Shown piece after piece: positions 36,105 to 48,480 of a DNA stretch of 64,000 nt. Position 1 is the first letter of the stretch, and every line of letters starts with the position of its first letter. The translations under genes and the position numbers were made by a program. The DNA comes from Glaucostegus cemiculus (lineage: Eukaryota). The DNA is taken from positions 9,672,001-9,736,000 of the forward strand of contig CDPCPM010000281.1 in assembly GCA_976551045.1 (NCBI GenBank), written 5' to 3'. The notes under the pieces are model-generated. The model worked only from the letters and a program-made list of their open reading frames with translations, ran no database searches and was not told the origin of the DNA.

Positions 36105-36372
36105 CAGGGGTGGTGGTGAGGCTGGATTACAGGGCCAACAGCCCGGCTTCAAATCTGGCCACTGTCTGTAAGGAGTTTGTACCTTCTCCCCATGTCTGTG
36201 TAGGTTCCCTCCGGGTGCTCCGGTTTCCAAAGGCGTACAGGTTAGGAAGTTGCATGCTATGTTGGTGCGGGAAATGTTGCGACACTTGCGGGCTGCCCCC
36301 CAGAACACTACGCAAAAAGATGCATTTCACTGTGTGTTTCAATGTACATGTGACTAATAAAGATATCTTATC
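36105..36372 (+). mobile_element. V-SINE family B
   Basis: V-core 'gagtttgtaccttctccccatgtctgtgtaggttccctccgggtgctccggtttcc' and tail 'atttcactgtgtgtttcaatgtacatgtgactaataaagatatcttatc'. Confidence 0.85.
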
Positions 36373-36386
36373 AGGTAGTTTGCTGT

Positions 36387-36757
36387 GAGATGGGGTCAAG
36401 AATACTTATATTAAGCAAAGATTCTCAGTTGAGAAGTTCTTTGAAAGGCTCAGTCAGGTGGGTTCTATCTAGCTCTCTGTCTTTGATAAATTCTATGTCC
36501 TGTTCTTGGCTCTTAGCAAGCTGAGCCATTGGGTGTTTGAGCTGCAGATGGTCTTAATGGTACTTCTCTGCTTTCACTACCGTCCACCCTGACCATCTGT
36601 GGCCCAAACACCCAAGGGCCATGCTCACAGAAAGCCAAAAACAGGGTAGAATTTATCAAAGGCAGAGAGAGATAGACTGCACCCACTGAAAGGAGCATTT
36701 CAAAGAACTCCTCAACTGAGAATCCATCCCTAACACAAGGATTCTCAACCTCATCTC
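36387..36757. repeat. 371-bp degenerate palindrome (arms about 167 bp, 37-bp spacer), probable MITE
   Basis: Collinear inverted matches: 'gattctcagttgagaagttctttgaaa'/'tttcaaagaactcctcaactgagaatc', 'ctttgataaattcta'/'tagaatttatcaaag', 'ttgggtgtttg'/'caaacacccaa', 'cagatggtc'/'gaccatctg'. Confidence 0.9.
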
Positions 36758-38639
36758 CATATATATCAATCGGTCAAAATAATTTCATAGCAATTATAAT
36801 GGAGAAGATATGTGCTCCCATTCTCTGAGGATATTGGCAATGAACTAGTGCACAAAAATGTGGGCAACCAATTTACTTGTATCTGCTGGATATTCGCCAC
36901 AGGCATTCTGTATTAATTGCTGTATAATTTGGCTACTCACTACTGTCAAGATAAAAGAGAACTGATCCTAGATTGGTAACAGCACAGAAGGAGACCATTT
37001 AGCTCTTCAAGTCCATGTCGGAGCAACGAGCCAAAGGAATAAATAATTAAGAGAGCTCTGAACGATGTTAACATCAGCCAAGCAGATCCAAGGTTGAGCA
37101 GCGCAATGTAGACAGTTGCAACTGTTTGCCAGTTCAATTTTCTGTGTGAAGTGTCGATTGCCAAGCAGTAAGGCAGAAACAAGTATTAAGCTACAAAGTA
37201 ATTAGAGAACTAGAAATATGCACCCTTTTTCTTTTAAGTTCCAGAACATATGCTTTGCTCTGCCTTCCCTACCTCTACTAAGACAATACTGACAATTGTA
37301 AAAGTCACATGGGCCCACTTTGCTAATGAGGTACTCTCCAAATCAACACAGTGGGAATCACAAAGCCAAAGTTTTGGCCATCTTGTATCAGAAAATGCAA
37401 AATATTTGTTAAAATGTTCCTTTGGCCTGCATTTTTCTCCAGTACTCTTTACTTTCACCAGGAAACACTTGGAGGAAATGATTCCTGCAAATTTTATTTG
37501 ATGAAAAATGGCTGGAGTTTGTAAGTTAAAAGGGTAGACTTGCAAGGTTTGCTTTCAATCCAGGATTGTGAAGTGGGCAGACCTGTAATACAGATAAATG
37601 TCCCAACCTTGTTCAGAGATGTTGATAAAAGTTGACAGATAGCCCAGGGTCTCTTCTGTTTCAGCAATTGCGCTTTTTCTGTGCAGTTCCCTTCAGCAAA
37701 CAGACAGTGATGTGTCAGTGTGGAAGCTGGCTTTATGATGCACCTTTGTTAAACAACATGAATAGTATTGGAAGAGCTGTCTGAGCACTTTGTGTACCTT
37801 TCTTTGGAGATTGCAAACAAAAGAATTGCTAAATCTTTTAAGGAGTTTCTTTTGAAGTGGTCAGTGTCTTTGAGAATAGATATTAATTGATTGTGAATGA
37901 AGCTGGATGTTCTATTTCATTGCACCTTATACAAATTTATTAATGTTCCCCAATGCTGCCCACAACATCTAGGTCAAGGAAGCTTGGCAATAGTTTGTTG
38001 TGGTTCCTGTTCCTAAATAATTGTGAGTCTTGTTTTACCTCTCTCCCACATTTTTCTCCTTCTTCCCTCCCCATCTTCTCACCAGCCCATGTGGCCTCCA
38101 ATACTGACTTGTGTTGAATGATTCATTCTTCATATATGAACCCTAATAGCAAGTACCAGAGGGTTGGTTGATTATAAAAGACATCATAGCCAAATAGAAG
38201 CCAGAAGTCATTGATGTTCACTCACCCCCACCCACTGACTCTCACTGTCACACTAATGCTCACTCACCCACTCTGCTGTTCTTGAGAAGACCTCCTGCCC
38301 ACAACCTGTTGACCATCAAGGCCAATTCTATCGACACCTCTGGTTAACTGGATGCACTCTCTATAACCAGGAGCCTCACAACATTTGGAGTCTTTTAGAG
38401 AGGGTTTTCCAAATATTCTTAAGACTTGTATTTAAGGCCACTTGCCAAACGCTAAAATCACAGTCAGATTATGTTCTGAGCTCCTGCATCATTGGTGCTA
38501 GACAACATCAGCTAGAGAAGTACTGCTGTTGGAAGAAGGTTAGGTGGTTCTATTTGTGTCAATAACATTGAATATGGGTCAATTTTATCATCCTTTTTAT
38601 ATGTAATTTAAGAAAAATGATGATGTGTAGTATCTGCCA

Positions 38640-38880
38640 ATGTTAAACTTATGTTGCCCCTGTATCGGTGTAGTGCTCCTTCAGGTCTGGCAAAATGGCC
38701 AACTTACCAAATGACGTACAAGTATTGTTTCCTTGTTGCTTAGCCAACACCAGCAAAGACCAATTAAATAGTCATTCATCTTGTTCAGCTGCAGAGGTTC
38801 TTGCCGTGCACTATTTGGGCACTATGTGTGTCCACCTTGAGAGGTTTCCAGGAGGTACAGAGTGCAAGTCCTTCTTTAAC
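38640..38880 (+). mobile_element. Decayed Deu-domain SINE fragment
   Basis: 'tagtcattcatcttgttcagctgcagaggttcttgccgtgcactatttgggcactatgtgtgtccac' resembles the Deu domain. Confidence 0.4.
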
Positions 38881-40299
38881 TGGTTTTATGTTGTCCTTAA
38901 ATAGAACATTTCAATGTTGCACTGTTAATTCCACTCTTGAGTAACACATCAAAGAAATGAATCTAAGGTTGGAAGTTTGAGCACTTATCAGTTAATTTTC
39001 CTGGCATCATAGATAGACTGCAAAGAGTAGAACATTGGCAGTGATGCCCCTTAAACAGGATTTTGTTTTCTGGTGGGTTAAATGCTATTACCTTTGAGTG
39101 TAAATGGTCATTATGCTGAAAACTGCTTTTTTGTTTCAACTAATTATTTAACAGGAACACCAGGTTCTGGATGAGACCACTTTACATGGCTGGCAGGCCT
39201 TTAAATTGCCATTGGCTCTTACCATGATCCCAAAACACTTTGCAGTTGCTAAGATCCTAGCACTTCAAGATGATGTGCTTGTAATGTTCTCATTTTAATT
39301 CCACAGTTTAACAGTAATTGATTTATCCCAATGTGAACCAAATGAAAATTCGTATTTTCTTTTAATTTAGTTGAGCAGATGAATTCAAGTTAGTTCACAT
39401 TCATGGGTTCCATTTTCCCCATGTTGAATACAAGGCCAAATAGTACAATTCGTGTCACTGTTAAAGTTGATCCTTTGGGACCTTTGGCGATTAGCTGGTA
39501 TGTCATTGGAAATGTGGCTTGAGGTTGGAAGTCCCTGATGTTGGCAGAGTAGAGCTAGAGGATAATCAGTGGTGTGATAGAGGAGCTTGCCTCTGAAGTG
39601 ACTTTAGTTTACAAGCCACCGAAGGAGTGAAGCATGGGAGTCCTTAAAATAGAAGATTGAAAAATGACAGTCAGGATCTGGAGCCACTCCAGTGGCTTTG
39701 CATTTGCTGCCTTCTGCAAATTCTCCTCAGCCAATGGGGAATAAGTGAGTTGCATTTTAAAACAACTGAACATGAGCAATTTGGCATCTAAATGTCAAAC
39801 TGAGAGCTGGGAAGTCATCCAGTATTGTCTTGGCAACTTGGTTGTTGACTGCTTTCATGCTTAAGATACTGCAGTTAGATGTGCGAGTCAGGAATATTAA
39901 ACTGGAGCACATTCTCAATTTAATTTTCCGTTGGCAACTTGAGCCCATCCTGTTCAGTTAGGACAAGGTCACAGGTGGGGTACTGCAGCCCATATTTTTC
40001 CTTAGTTCTTTGCTTCAATGCCAAACTCTAAAGAGTAGCCCTGCTGTACCAGGTTAATGGCTGTGTCTCTTTGAGTGACCATGCTGGCTAGTGCCAAATT
40101 TCTTGGTGCAGATCTTTACCGCCTATGAAATGTATGGAGGTAGCCCAAAGTTTTTTCATGTAAGATCTACCAATTAATGGAGAAGACATTCAACTCCACG
40201 GTCTAGGTCTCTGAAATAATAGCCTAGTTTGTCTATTGTGACACTCATTTAACAGTGACACTCATTTCAGTGCATGGGAAGTAAAAGTTGGCTACCCAA

Positions 40300-40604
40300 T
40301 GTGAGTTGATGAGATGAGAGTGTACGTGTCACGATTGGGTTGTGTGTATATTCTGATAAAACATTTGAATACAGGTTTGGCTGGGCTCTGCCATGTTGGG
40401 TCAGGCAGAACTGTGTTGGTTTGGCTGAGTTCATTATTCCAAGTCAGGGTGATTTACTGCATGCAATGAACATGTTTGAGAGACTGCTACATTTACAGCA
40501 ATGATTTGGTCAGTAATAGAAAAAATATAAGCACTTGGGCTTAGTTCTGTTCAGTTTGGCTGTGGTCAGGTTGTGTTTTAAATGTACATGCAAGTAGACG
40601 TCTA
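40300..40604. mobile_element. Decayed putative DNA-transposon end, same family as 22460-22705
   Basis: Shares 'tccaagtcagggtgattt' and (gggtca/ggtttg) tracts, and ends 'gcaagtagacgtcta'. Confidence 0.35.
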
Positions 40605-43600
40605 ATGCCTGGTTTCATAACATTTTTATTACATTCCTTTTCTTACATTTTGATGGATTTTGTTTTATATCAAAACACCCTATATGTGAAATTATGCATG
40701 TTTCTTAAGTACAGATGTTTATGAACTAAACCTTGCGTCCTTGGATGGAAGTTCAGTTAGCTGTAGTTCATTCTTATAACACATAAAGTTGGCAAAATTT
40801 GCTTCCAGCTGTCAGTTCTACACCTGTCTGTATTTTGCAATGGGGGACTCAAGATGTCCTGCGTTTTTATATGCATTTTATAAAATGACATAATAATACT
40901 AAGTTGTGCTAAGTCTATTTATTGGCCTTGGGTTGAGTTTGAAAATTTGAAGGGATACAGAGTGGTTAGGGCGAGGTTGATATTTTAGGGGGAATGGTTA
41001 ATGCTGACAGTTCGGGGAGTGGCAGTGCTAGGGGATGCACAGTGGAAGCTGGGCACTCCAAAGAGCCGTAAGCTGTTGCTTTGGATGTAAGGTTTGTCCT
41101 TCTCAATTATGCTGCTGTCAATCAGCAACGTTGCCTTTGGTTGGGGCTGTTTGGAGACGGCTGCCTAATGCGAGAAGATGGGTTAATAAGGCCCTCAGGT
41201 GAATGCCAAGCTGTCAGCTTGATCTTGATGTGCTGTTGAAAGGTCAGATGGAGGGAAATTCTGTCAGAGCAGCCAGGGAAGGGTTTAGATTACAGTTTGC
41301 ATACTTAGTGCAATTGCTGTTGGATTGATTGCGATGAGAAGCAACAGCAATTGCTCATAACATACATGGAAGGGAGTGTTTGTATTTAATATTGTGAAGG
41401 CAGCAGACATTTTGCATCAGGTATATTATGGAGTTTTCTAAATTTTAGTTGATTCCTAACTTTCGTGCTGGTCCTAAAATAAGTGAGGAAGGCAAAGATA
41501 ATTTTTACATGTATTTGTTTATGTTTTTTAATGTATTTTATTTCAAAGCACAGTTTTAAGAGAAACCAAGAAAGGAGAGCTCTTAATGGTGGCTGTGGTT
41601 TTCAACTATTTGTTTAGAAATGATTGCGCTATTAATTCAATTGATCAAGAGAAGATTGAGGGCCATGTTTACTTCAGTTAAACTGGTTAAAATTGTCCTC
41701 TAACATCAGATATGTTTAATTTATGAGCAGCAATTCACATCCTTAACAGGAAATCAGCTAGGTCCAGCTGATATTTAATTGCTTCAATTGGTACCAATCT
41801 GTGGCAGATATTTGAACTCTCAGACTAATATGAGTCACAGTTTGATTCGGATGCCGTTGCGAAACATGGTTATAATTGATCTTCCTAGTCGGCAGTCCAT
41901 TTATAGAGAGCAGTTAATTTGAAACAATAATATTGGCTGAACTACTTAGCATTGTATACATGGGAAAGGTTTAGGATTTTTGAAATAATTGTAAATTATT
42001 ACCTGCTTTAGTCCTCTCCTCGCCTGTCAGTGGGCAAATGCTCATGTGAAACAGCGATCTTATTTCTGTTCTAATGACAATGTAAGGAACAGAAAGGTGT
42101 CTTCTAGTTTTGTAAATTTGCCCTTTTTATAATTCAATTTAATTCTAAATTATTTAAATGCATTAAAACAAAATAAACTACATTCTTGAGTGTCTGATTT
42201 ACTTATAGTGCCTGTGACCTGTTTTACAATATAAAAATATTCCAGTATTTGCTACAAAGTGGAGAGAGATTTGTAATGTTGACTACTGAGTGCAGTGATT
42301 AGCTGTGTTCAATATGAACTTAAAATGGATTTCTACAGTTTGGATTGCTTTGGAGATGGAAGTTGGAGCCGACTACATGGCCCCTTGAGATCAATGTTAG
42401 CAACTACAAAACTTCCAGTAAGTTGCCTGAGGGCTGCTTGCTGGAATGATGAAGCGTGTTGCAGTATTTGACAAGGATCTCTTCTTGTAATTCTTCCATG
42501 TAGATGCTAGGTGGAGGCCGGGCCTTCTCCCTGAAGTCAAAAGCAGAATTGCATTTGTAACATAATTCTATTGCATGCTTCTCTTTTAAGAGTGCTCATT
42601 TCCTTGCTCTGAGAAATTTCCATAAATCTACCTCATGGCAGTAATCTTGTTGGAGAACAAGGAAGAGGAACCCTAACTCTTATCTGAGTGGCTGTAATTG
42701 GAAGGTCATCAATGGAAGCCCTATGTTCATGTGGTCACAAGGGAGACATGGTTGCATTGGTGTTTTGCCTTGATAGTCACCTTCCCTGGGTGAGCCCAGA
42801 TAGTAATTGTGGGTTTGAGTCCTTGGGGTATACCACAGTTACTCTTAATGTTGCCCTTACTCTGTATATGCACTCAGCAGGGATCAGTGAGTAATAAATC
42901 AGGACGGCTAACCCAGGCTGTTATGTATCACCCTCTTCACTTCTCTCTCAGTCCAGTGAATGGTGAAGCCAGTTGTAATGCACTGGGTGAGATCAGCGAA
43001 GTCTAAGGATGGAACTTGTGTCATTTTGATCTCTTTGGCTCAGAACAACCCACACCAACACACTCTTGCTCATCGACAGGGATTACTTTCAAAGGATTGG
43101 AGCATGGTCAGCCTGCTCGGGTTACTATTTTGGACAAAGGCCACAGGGCTTTCTGACTTGAATGACGTCAGGAGACAGCTTGTTCTAGCCCTAATGACCT
43201 CTGCTTGCTTAAACAGGCAATGTTGACTCACTGGGGAGAACAGAAAGGTGAACTAATACAGATGCAGCTTAGAGCAGCTGACTCTGAGCAATAGTAAAAG
43301 TAGGAATTCACTGTGCTGCCAGACAGCAAGTCTCTCACTAGCACTATTTCTGACTTGTTGGAGCTGTGCAATACTCAGCTGGAAGCTTCGGTGTTTAAAT
43401 GCTTTAAAAATACTGTTATTAAAAAAAGTTCTGACAGATCTCTGAGTATGCCAGTAGTGATGGACAAGGTGCGACAGGTGATTACATTTAGGAATTCCTG
43501 ACTTCCAAGGCATTAATTGCACCATCCTAGCAGTGCCTCTTGGAGAACCACATCACTCTAGTTCCAGATGGCACATAATTACATTTCGACAGCTTTCACT

Positions 43601-44459
43601 CACAACTCATGCTGTTACTCGCTTTTCAGGCAAGACTTTTTTTTCCTCTTTCTCCTTCATTATCATAAAACGATATGTTCACAAGAATAATGAGTGGTAA
43701 GATTTGAAATTGCTGTTTCTACATTAACCAAAGATGGCAGTTAAATTCTCACACATGGCACTGGTTACTTTTGGAGAATGGATGTATTTGTTGACCTTTA
43801 GTACCACTGCCAATAAATACTGCAATGCCTGTAGGGAGCTGGAGCATGCTTCATTGCGGAGAGGAGTAAGTGATGTTTGGCAGGCTTCTGTCTTTTAAAC
43901 TTCCCTGCTCTTTGTCATATATCTCCTAATTGCAAGTAACCACAGGCAAATTGCTTTGGCGGTGAATTGCTTTATGGACAGGCATTTATTTTTGAGCTGT
44001 ACATCAGCATGGACTCCACCTCGGGCATTATTTTTTAAAATAATGCTGCAATTTTCACTCCGACACTTGCCGTAAGCATTGCATAAAATTTTAAAATGCA
44101 TTTACATTTGAGTTGCATATTTCAGGTTTTTACTATCCATGCTTTACCTAACTGTGGACTTTGTATGCCATGTTGATAGTAGAAGGCAATGTAGCCAGTA
44201 AACCATGTTTATGCACTTGAGAGTTCAGCATTTCTCCATGCAAACACATCAACATTATGTCACCATAGAACATGGCTCAGATAATTGTATTGAAAAGTGT
44301 GCTGCTATTAAAACAAAAAGAAAGATGTATGGGTAGGTTAATTTGGGTTTAAAATAGGCAGCAAGGACTCGTTGGGCCAGAAGGGTCTGTTACCACGCTG
44401 TAAATAAAATTAAAAAAAAATTATAAAGAACTTGCATTTCTGTATCACATTGGATTTCC

Positions 44460-45020
44460 AGTGTAGAAACAGACTATTCACTCCAATCAACCTGCTCCAA
44501 TTTAATGCTTCATACCAGCCTCCTCGCCTCTGCTTCACCCTCGGTGTACGCGCTTTTATTCCTCCTTCCTCCCTCTTACCTAGCATTCTCTGAAGGCATC
44601 CATGCTATAACTAATTCTAATGGCAGCGGTTCTGCATTTTGTTTATTGCTGCATAAAGAACTGTTCACAATTTAAAAGTGAAAATGCTGGAAACACTCAG
44701 CAGGGCAGGCAGCCTCAATGGAAGGAGCTGTGTGAAAGGTCCTGCACTCAAACTGTTCACTTCTGCTTTCCACAGCTGCTGCCTGACCAGCTTAGCATTC
44801 CCAGCATTTTCTATTTCTTTTTAGATTTCCAACATCTGTAGTTTCTTTTGATCTTCTTTTGTTGTAAAACTGTATTTATTAATGACAAACAAATATCGCT
44901 TCTTCCACAAGTGGAAACATTTCTTTATCCATCCTTTCAAATAACTTCATAATTTTAAAGACTTAGATCTCCTTCAGTCTTCTCTTTCCCAGAAGAATGA
45001 GTGTCAGCCTGTCCAGTCTT
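44460..45020 (-). mobile_element. Old CR1 3' fragment interrupted by a PLE-derived element (44672-44850)
   Basis: 'ttagatctccttcagtcttctctttcccagaagaatgagtgtcagcctgtccagtct' is antisense CR1. The insert has inverted arms 'aaaatgctggaaacactcagcagggcaggcagc' and 'gctgcctgaccagcttagcattcccagcatttt'. Confidence 0.6.
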
Positions 45021-45174
45021 GTAACTTTTGCATCCACAGGAAATCCCCAAATTCTTCCCAGTTCTTGTGGTGACTGTTGTTTTGTGGGAAACATAGCAGA
45101 CAGTTTACACACACTCCCACAATAAATGACTTTGAGCAGCCAAATTAAATTAAATCTTGCAATTGTCTGCGTGT

Positions 45175-45715
45175 AAGGGCTTGGGTTCATTTCAAATTTC
45201 AGCGTTTGGTACATTGTGCAGGCTGAGTACTTAAGAGTTATCCCGAGGGAGGTCTGTGGTGCCGGAGGCAGTATCTTTCTTTGAGGCACATCTGTCTGTT
45301 CAGGTGGGTCCCTGGGCGGATTTTGTCTTTTTTGTGCCAGGGTGGTTAATAATTGTATGAACAGTAGGCATGGATTCTGAAGGAAGGGAATGAATTGCAT
45401 GTAAAGAAACCCATATAATCTTCTATTTATTAAAATTTTGGGCATTAAATTTAGTAGGCTCAGCTTTGTAGGGTCAACACTGATTATTCCAAAATGCGTG
45501 CTGCTCACTGAATACTAAATCGTCAAGCTGGGCATTGGCTGTGATCTGCCACCTCTCCAAATTCCAGTGACAATTAAAACTCCCAACTGCATTTGAAGAA
45601 TGAGCATCCAGTTCATTTGTTCTCTGTGGGGTCTTGCTGTGCACATTGGCCCTGTGTTTGCCCACATAACAGCAGCAACTATACCTGCAAAGGGCAATTC
45701 ATTGGTTAGTGGATA
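45175..45715 (+). mobile_element. Decayed Deu-domain SINE with an internal insertion
   Basis: 5' part 'ggaggcagtatctttctttgag' and Deu domain 'tgtggggtcttgctgtgcacattggccctgtgtttgcccacataacagcagcaactatac'. Confidence 0.55.
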
Positions 45716-47631
45716 TGGCCTCGGGTGTCTGTAAGAATCTGGTTACACCAACTTCCAGTGAGAGATCGGACACTTGTCTGCTCAGTTGTTGTAGAGTTGT
45801 CCAGAAAAGAGCACAAAAGAGAAAATCAAAAGGCAAAACATCCCATTGTTAAAGAAGAATTTCAAATACATTAGTCAGTAACCATGAAATACTAAGTTCA
45901 GAATCAAATAAAGTGAAGGTAAAAAATCAATCTTTTAAAACCCATCAGGAGAAGATTTCACTGGATATACAGGGGGCATTTGCATTGAAATTCTATTTCT
46001 TCAGCCCACATTTTTCTGCCTGTTAATGTTCCCAGTATTTGTTCTGGTGTGCAGGGAGTTACTGTACAGGAAATTTTCCCTGGCAGTTCCTCAGCAGTTA
46101 GAATAACAACTCCTAATCATGCACTCAGGATTCTCGGATTGAGTTTTTGGCTTTTCTGGTTCAGGATTTTCTCCAGCACAGCCCAGCGAGATGTTGGAAG
46201 GCACAGACTGGCCATCTTCCTTCCACATCGGAGTCTTTAGTATATACGTTCTTGGCTCCACATTCACAGAGAAACTCTTGTTTCTCTTTCATGACATTCT
46301 GAGTGAAAGTGCCACCTTGCGGACAGAGCGCAGGTGACAAACTCCACAAGGCTTTGTGTCATAGAGTACATTCCACCAGAAATTTAAAGGGTGAAAACTT
46401 TCTTCAAAGAGTTGCCCAGCGGTGTTACCATCACTGGGTGTAAAACCCTTTTTACAATGTCACCAATTCATTGCCTTGACCTTGCAGAAAGTAGAAATAA
46501 AAAGAAACGCGTTTCTACTGAAGGAACGCTAGGATCATGTGTTGTGGGATTTCAGCATTCATTTTAATGGAAAACGAAGCCAAAAACAACCAGCGATTTG
46601 AATTTACTTTTGGTGAAACATTAAAAAATTTCCATTTGATGGGGAAAAATATGGAGAAGCGGAAAACCAGAAAGTTTTAGCTCAAATATAGAGACGGCTG
46701 TAGACCCTCCATTTTGTTTGGCAGAAGCTTCAGACAGACTCCTTGCTTATTTATTACTCATTTCTACAATATGTCGCTGTTAATTACTCACAGCTGTGCA
46801 GTGAACCTTAGTTAACAAGATTTACTACCTCGCAGCTTGCCTCTGTACATTATGAATGCTAAATTTTAGGAGGATTGCTGTTACGATGTTTATTAGCGAA
46901 CATGATTTTTAAGCCAAATAGCAACTTAGCCATGTTGCTTTGTAGTTTAAGGTTAGGCATACCATTCCTCCAGTTCTAATTCAAAGCCAACTAATGCAAA
47001 ATTATCCCTTTTACACTTACAAAAGTAGTGTGTGTTCTAAAACAGCTGTAACTAAAATTGTCTGGGTGTGGACATGATAAATTCTCTTGGTGTAAAGTGA
47101 AAATTGGTGCAAAATAGTAGTTCTCTGTTAATTGCTCATGAAGAAGTGTACCAAGTTTGTCTGAAATTGAGGTCAAAATTTAACTCGTTGATTGAATCAA
47201 TGAATAGGAAGACATGGAAAACTTATTTTTCTGTGATAGTTCTACCTGGTCACTATATGCTGCAGTGCTACTTGTGTTCATCTGCATCAGTGCTATGTGG
47301 GATCTCTGTCTTTTGTAATGCTATCTCTGCTGTCTGTGACTTCTGTAAGTCAAGAAAAGCCTCCCACTCTGGCATCCAGCCAGTCAATCCTGTCAATGGC
47401 CATGTAGAGAAATGAGGTGCCTCCTACAACAGATATTAATGGGCAAGTTTAATACAATGTGTCTCATGATTTGGGATTCAGGGCACAATTGCATTTTGGG
47501 TCAATTGAGCATCTTCCATTTGGGGACCAGTTGGCCACAAAGAACATGGCCCATGCAGATTCTGTGGAGGGCTATCCACTGTCTTCAATGGAGATTGAAG
47601 TCAGGGACCTTGCTGTGGAGTCAGTGATGAG

Positions 47632-47905
47632 ACATAGTGGTCATCTTACTGGATTAGAAGCCACATTTTTGGGCAATTGATTCAACGGGATGAGTTCAAA
47701 TCCCATCATGTCAGGTGGAGAATTTAAATTCAACTAATTAAATAAATGTGGAATTAACTTGGTAATGATAGCCTTAAAATTATCTGATTGTTATAAAATC
47801 CCATCTTTTCCTAGCTTGACCGATATGTTATTCCAGACCCATCACTATGGTTGACTCTTAATGGCCACTTCAAGATCAGAGGCAATTAAGGATAGACAAT
47901 AAATT
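47632..47905 (+). mobile_element. tRNA-derived SINE (family C) with LINE-derived tail
   Basis: B-box-like 'gagttcaaatccca', body 'gaatttaaattcaactaattaaataaatgtggaatt' and tail 'ggcaattaaggatagacaataaat', which is shared with LINE ends at about 19613 and with 62120-62420(-). Confidence 0.65.
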
Positions 47906-48079
47906 TAAAAAAGATTCCCTTCATTGGAAATGTTTCATGGTTCTTTCCATTTGGAAAGTGAGTTGGTTGCCTGTGCCTGTGGTTTTGCCAAGTTTTCGTG
48001 AATGGGGAGGTTCGTGTTGTTCATGAGCTTTTGTGGAGGGAGTTGGAATTATGGCGAACAACAGGCAGGGCGACATGGG

Positions 48080-48480
48080 CCAGCACTCAGAAGAACTTAA
48101 TGTAGTAGGCTTCAGGGGATCCCTGGTCAGTGCCCTCTAGGTGGCATTTAGTTGTACATCTATTATCTCCATGTGGGATTCCCAAACATGGGCAGTATTC
48201 TGCAGCAGAGTGCACAAAGGCCCATGTTGTCACGTGATGTATTCTGGTTGTGGTGCCCCATGACACTCCAGCAAATACTCAATACAAGGTTCATCTTGAT
48301 TTAAGGTCTTGCTTGGTTTTTGGGTAGGTTTCTCTCCCAGCCTCACTTATCTTGTGTGACACCACCCCACCCCCCATCCCCAGGTATTTTGGATGAGGTT
48401 CATGGGGAGACTGTCTTACACACGAATTCTTTCCAGCATCCATGCTGTTGGACACTATTTTGCTTGTAGCCTATCTTGGT
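48080..48480 (-). mobile_element. Vingi/Ingi-like LINE RT remnant
   Basis: Minus-strand peptides in order PHPKYLG (48398-48379), FAGVSWGT (about 48275-48251) and AFVHSAAEYC (48221-48192) match the Vingi pattern PKYLG...LAGTTWGA...ALCYSVAEYCAPVW. Confidence 0.55.

Noticed and set aside
43313-43501. ORF with 'CFKNTVI' resembling Rex1 RT
   Set aside because: Only a few residues match and no flanking RT motifs are present.
44963-45508. 181-aa minus-strand ORF
   Set aside because: It crosses CR1 and Deu-SINE remnants, with no coherent protein similarity or splice context.
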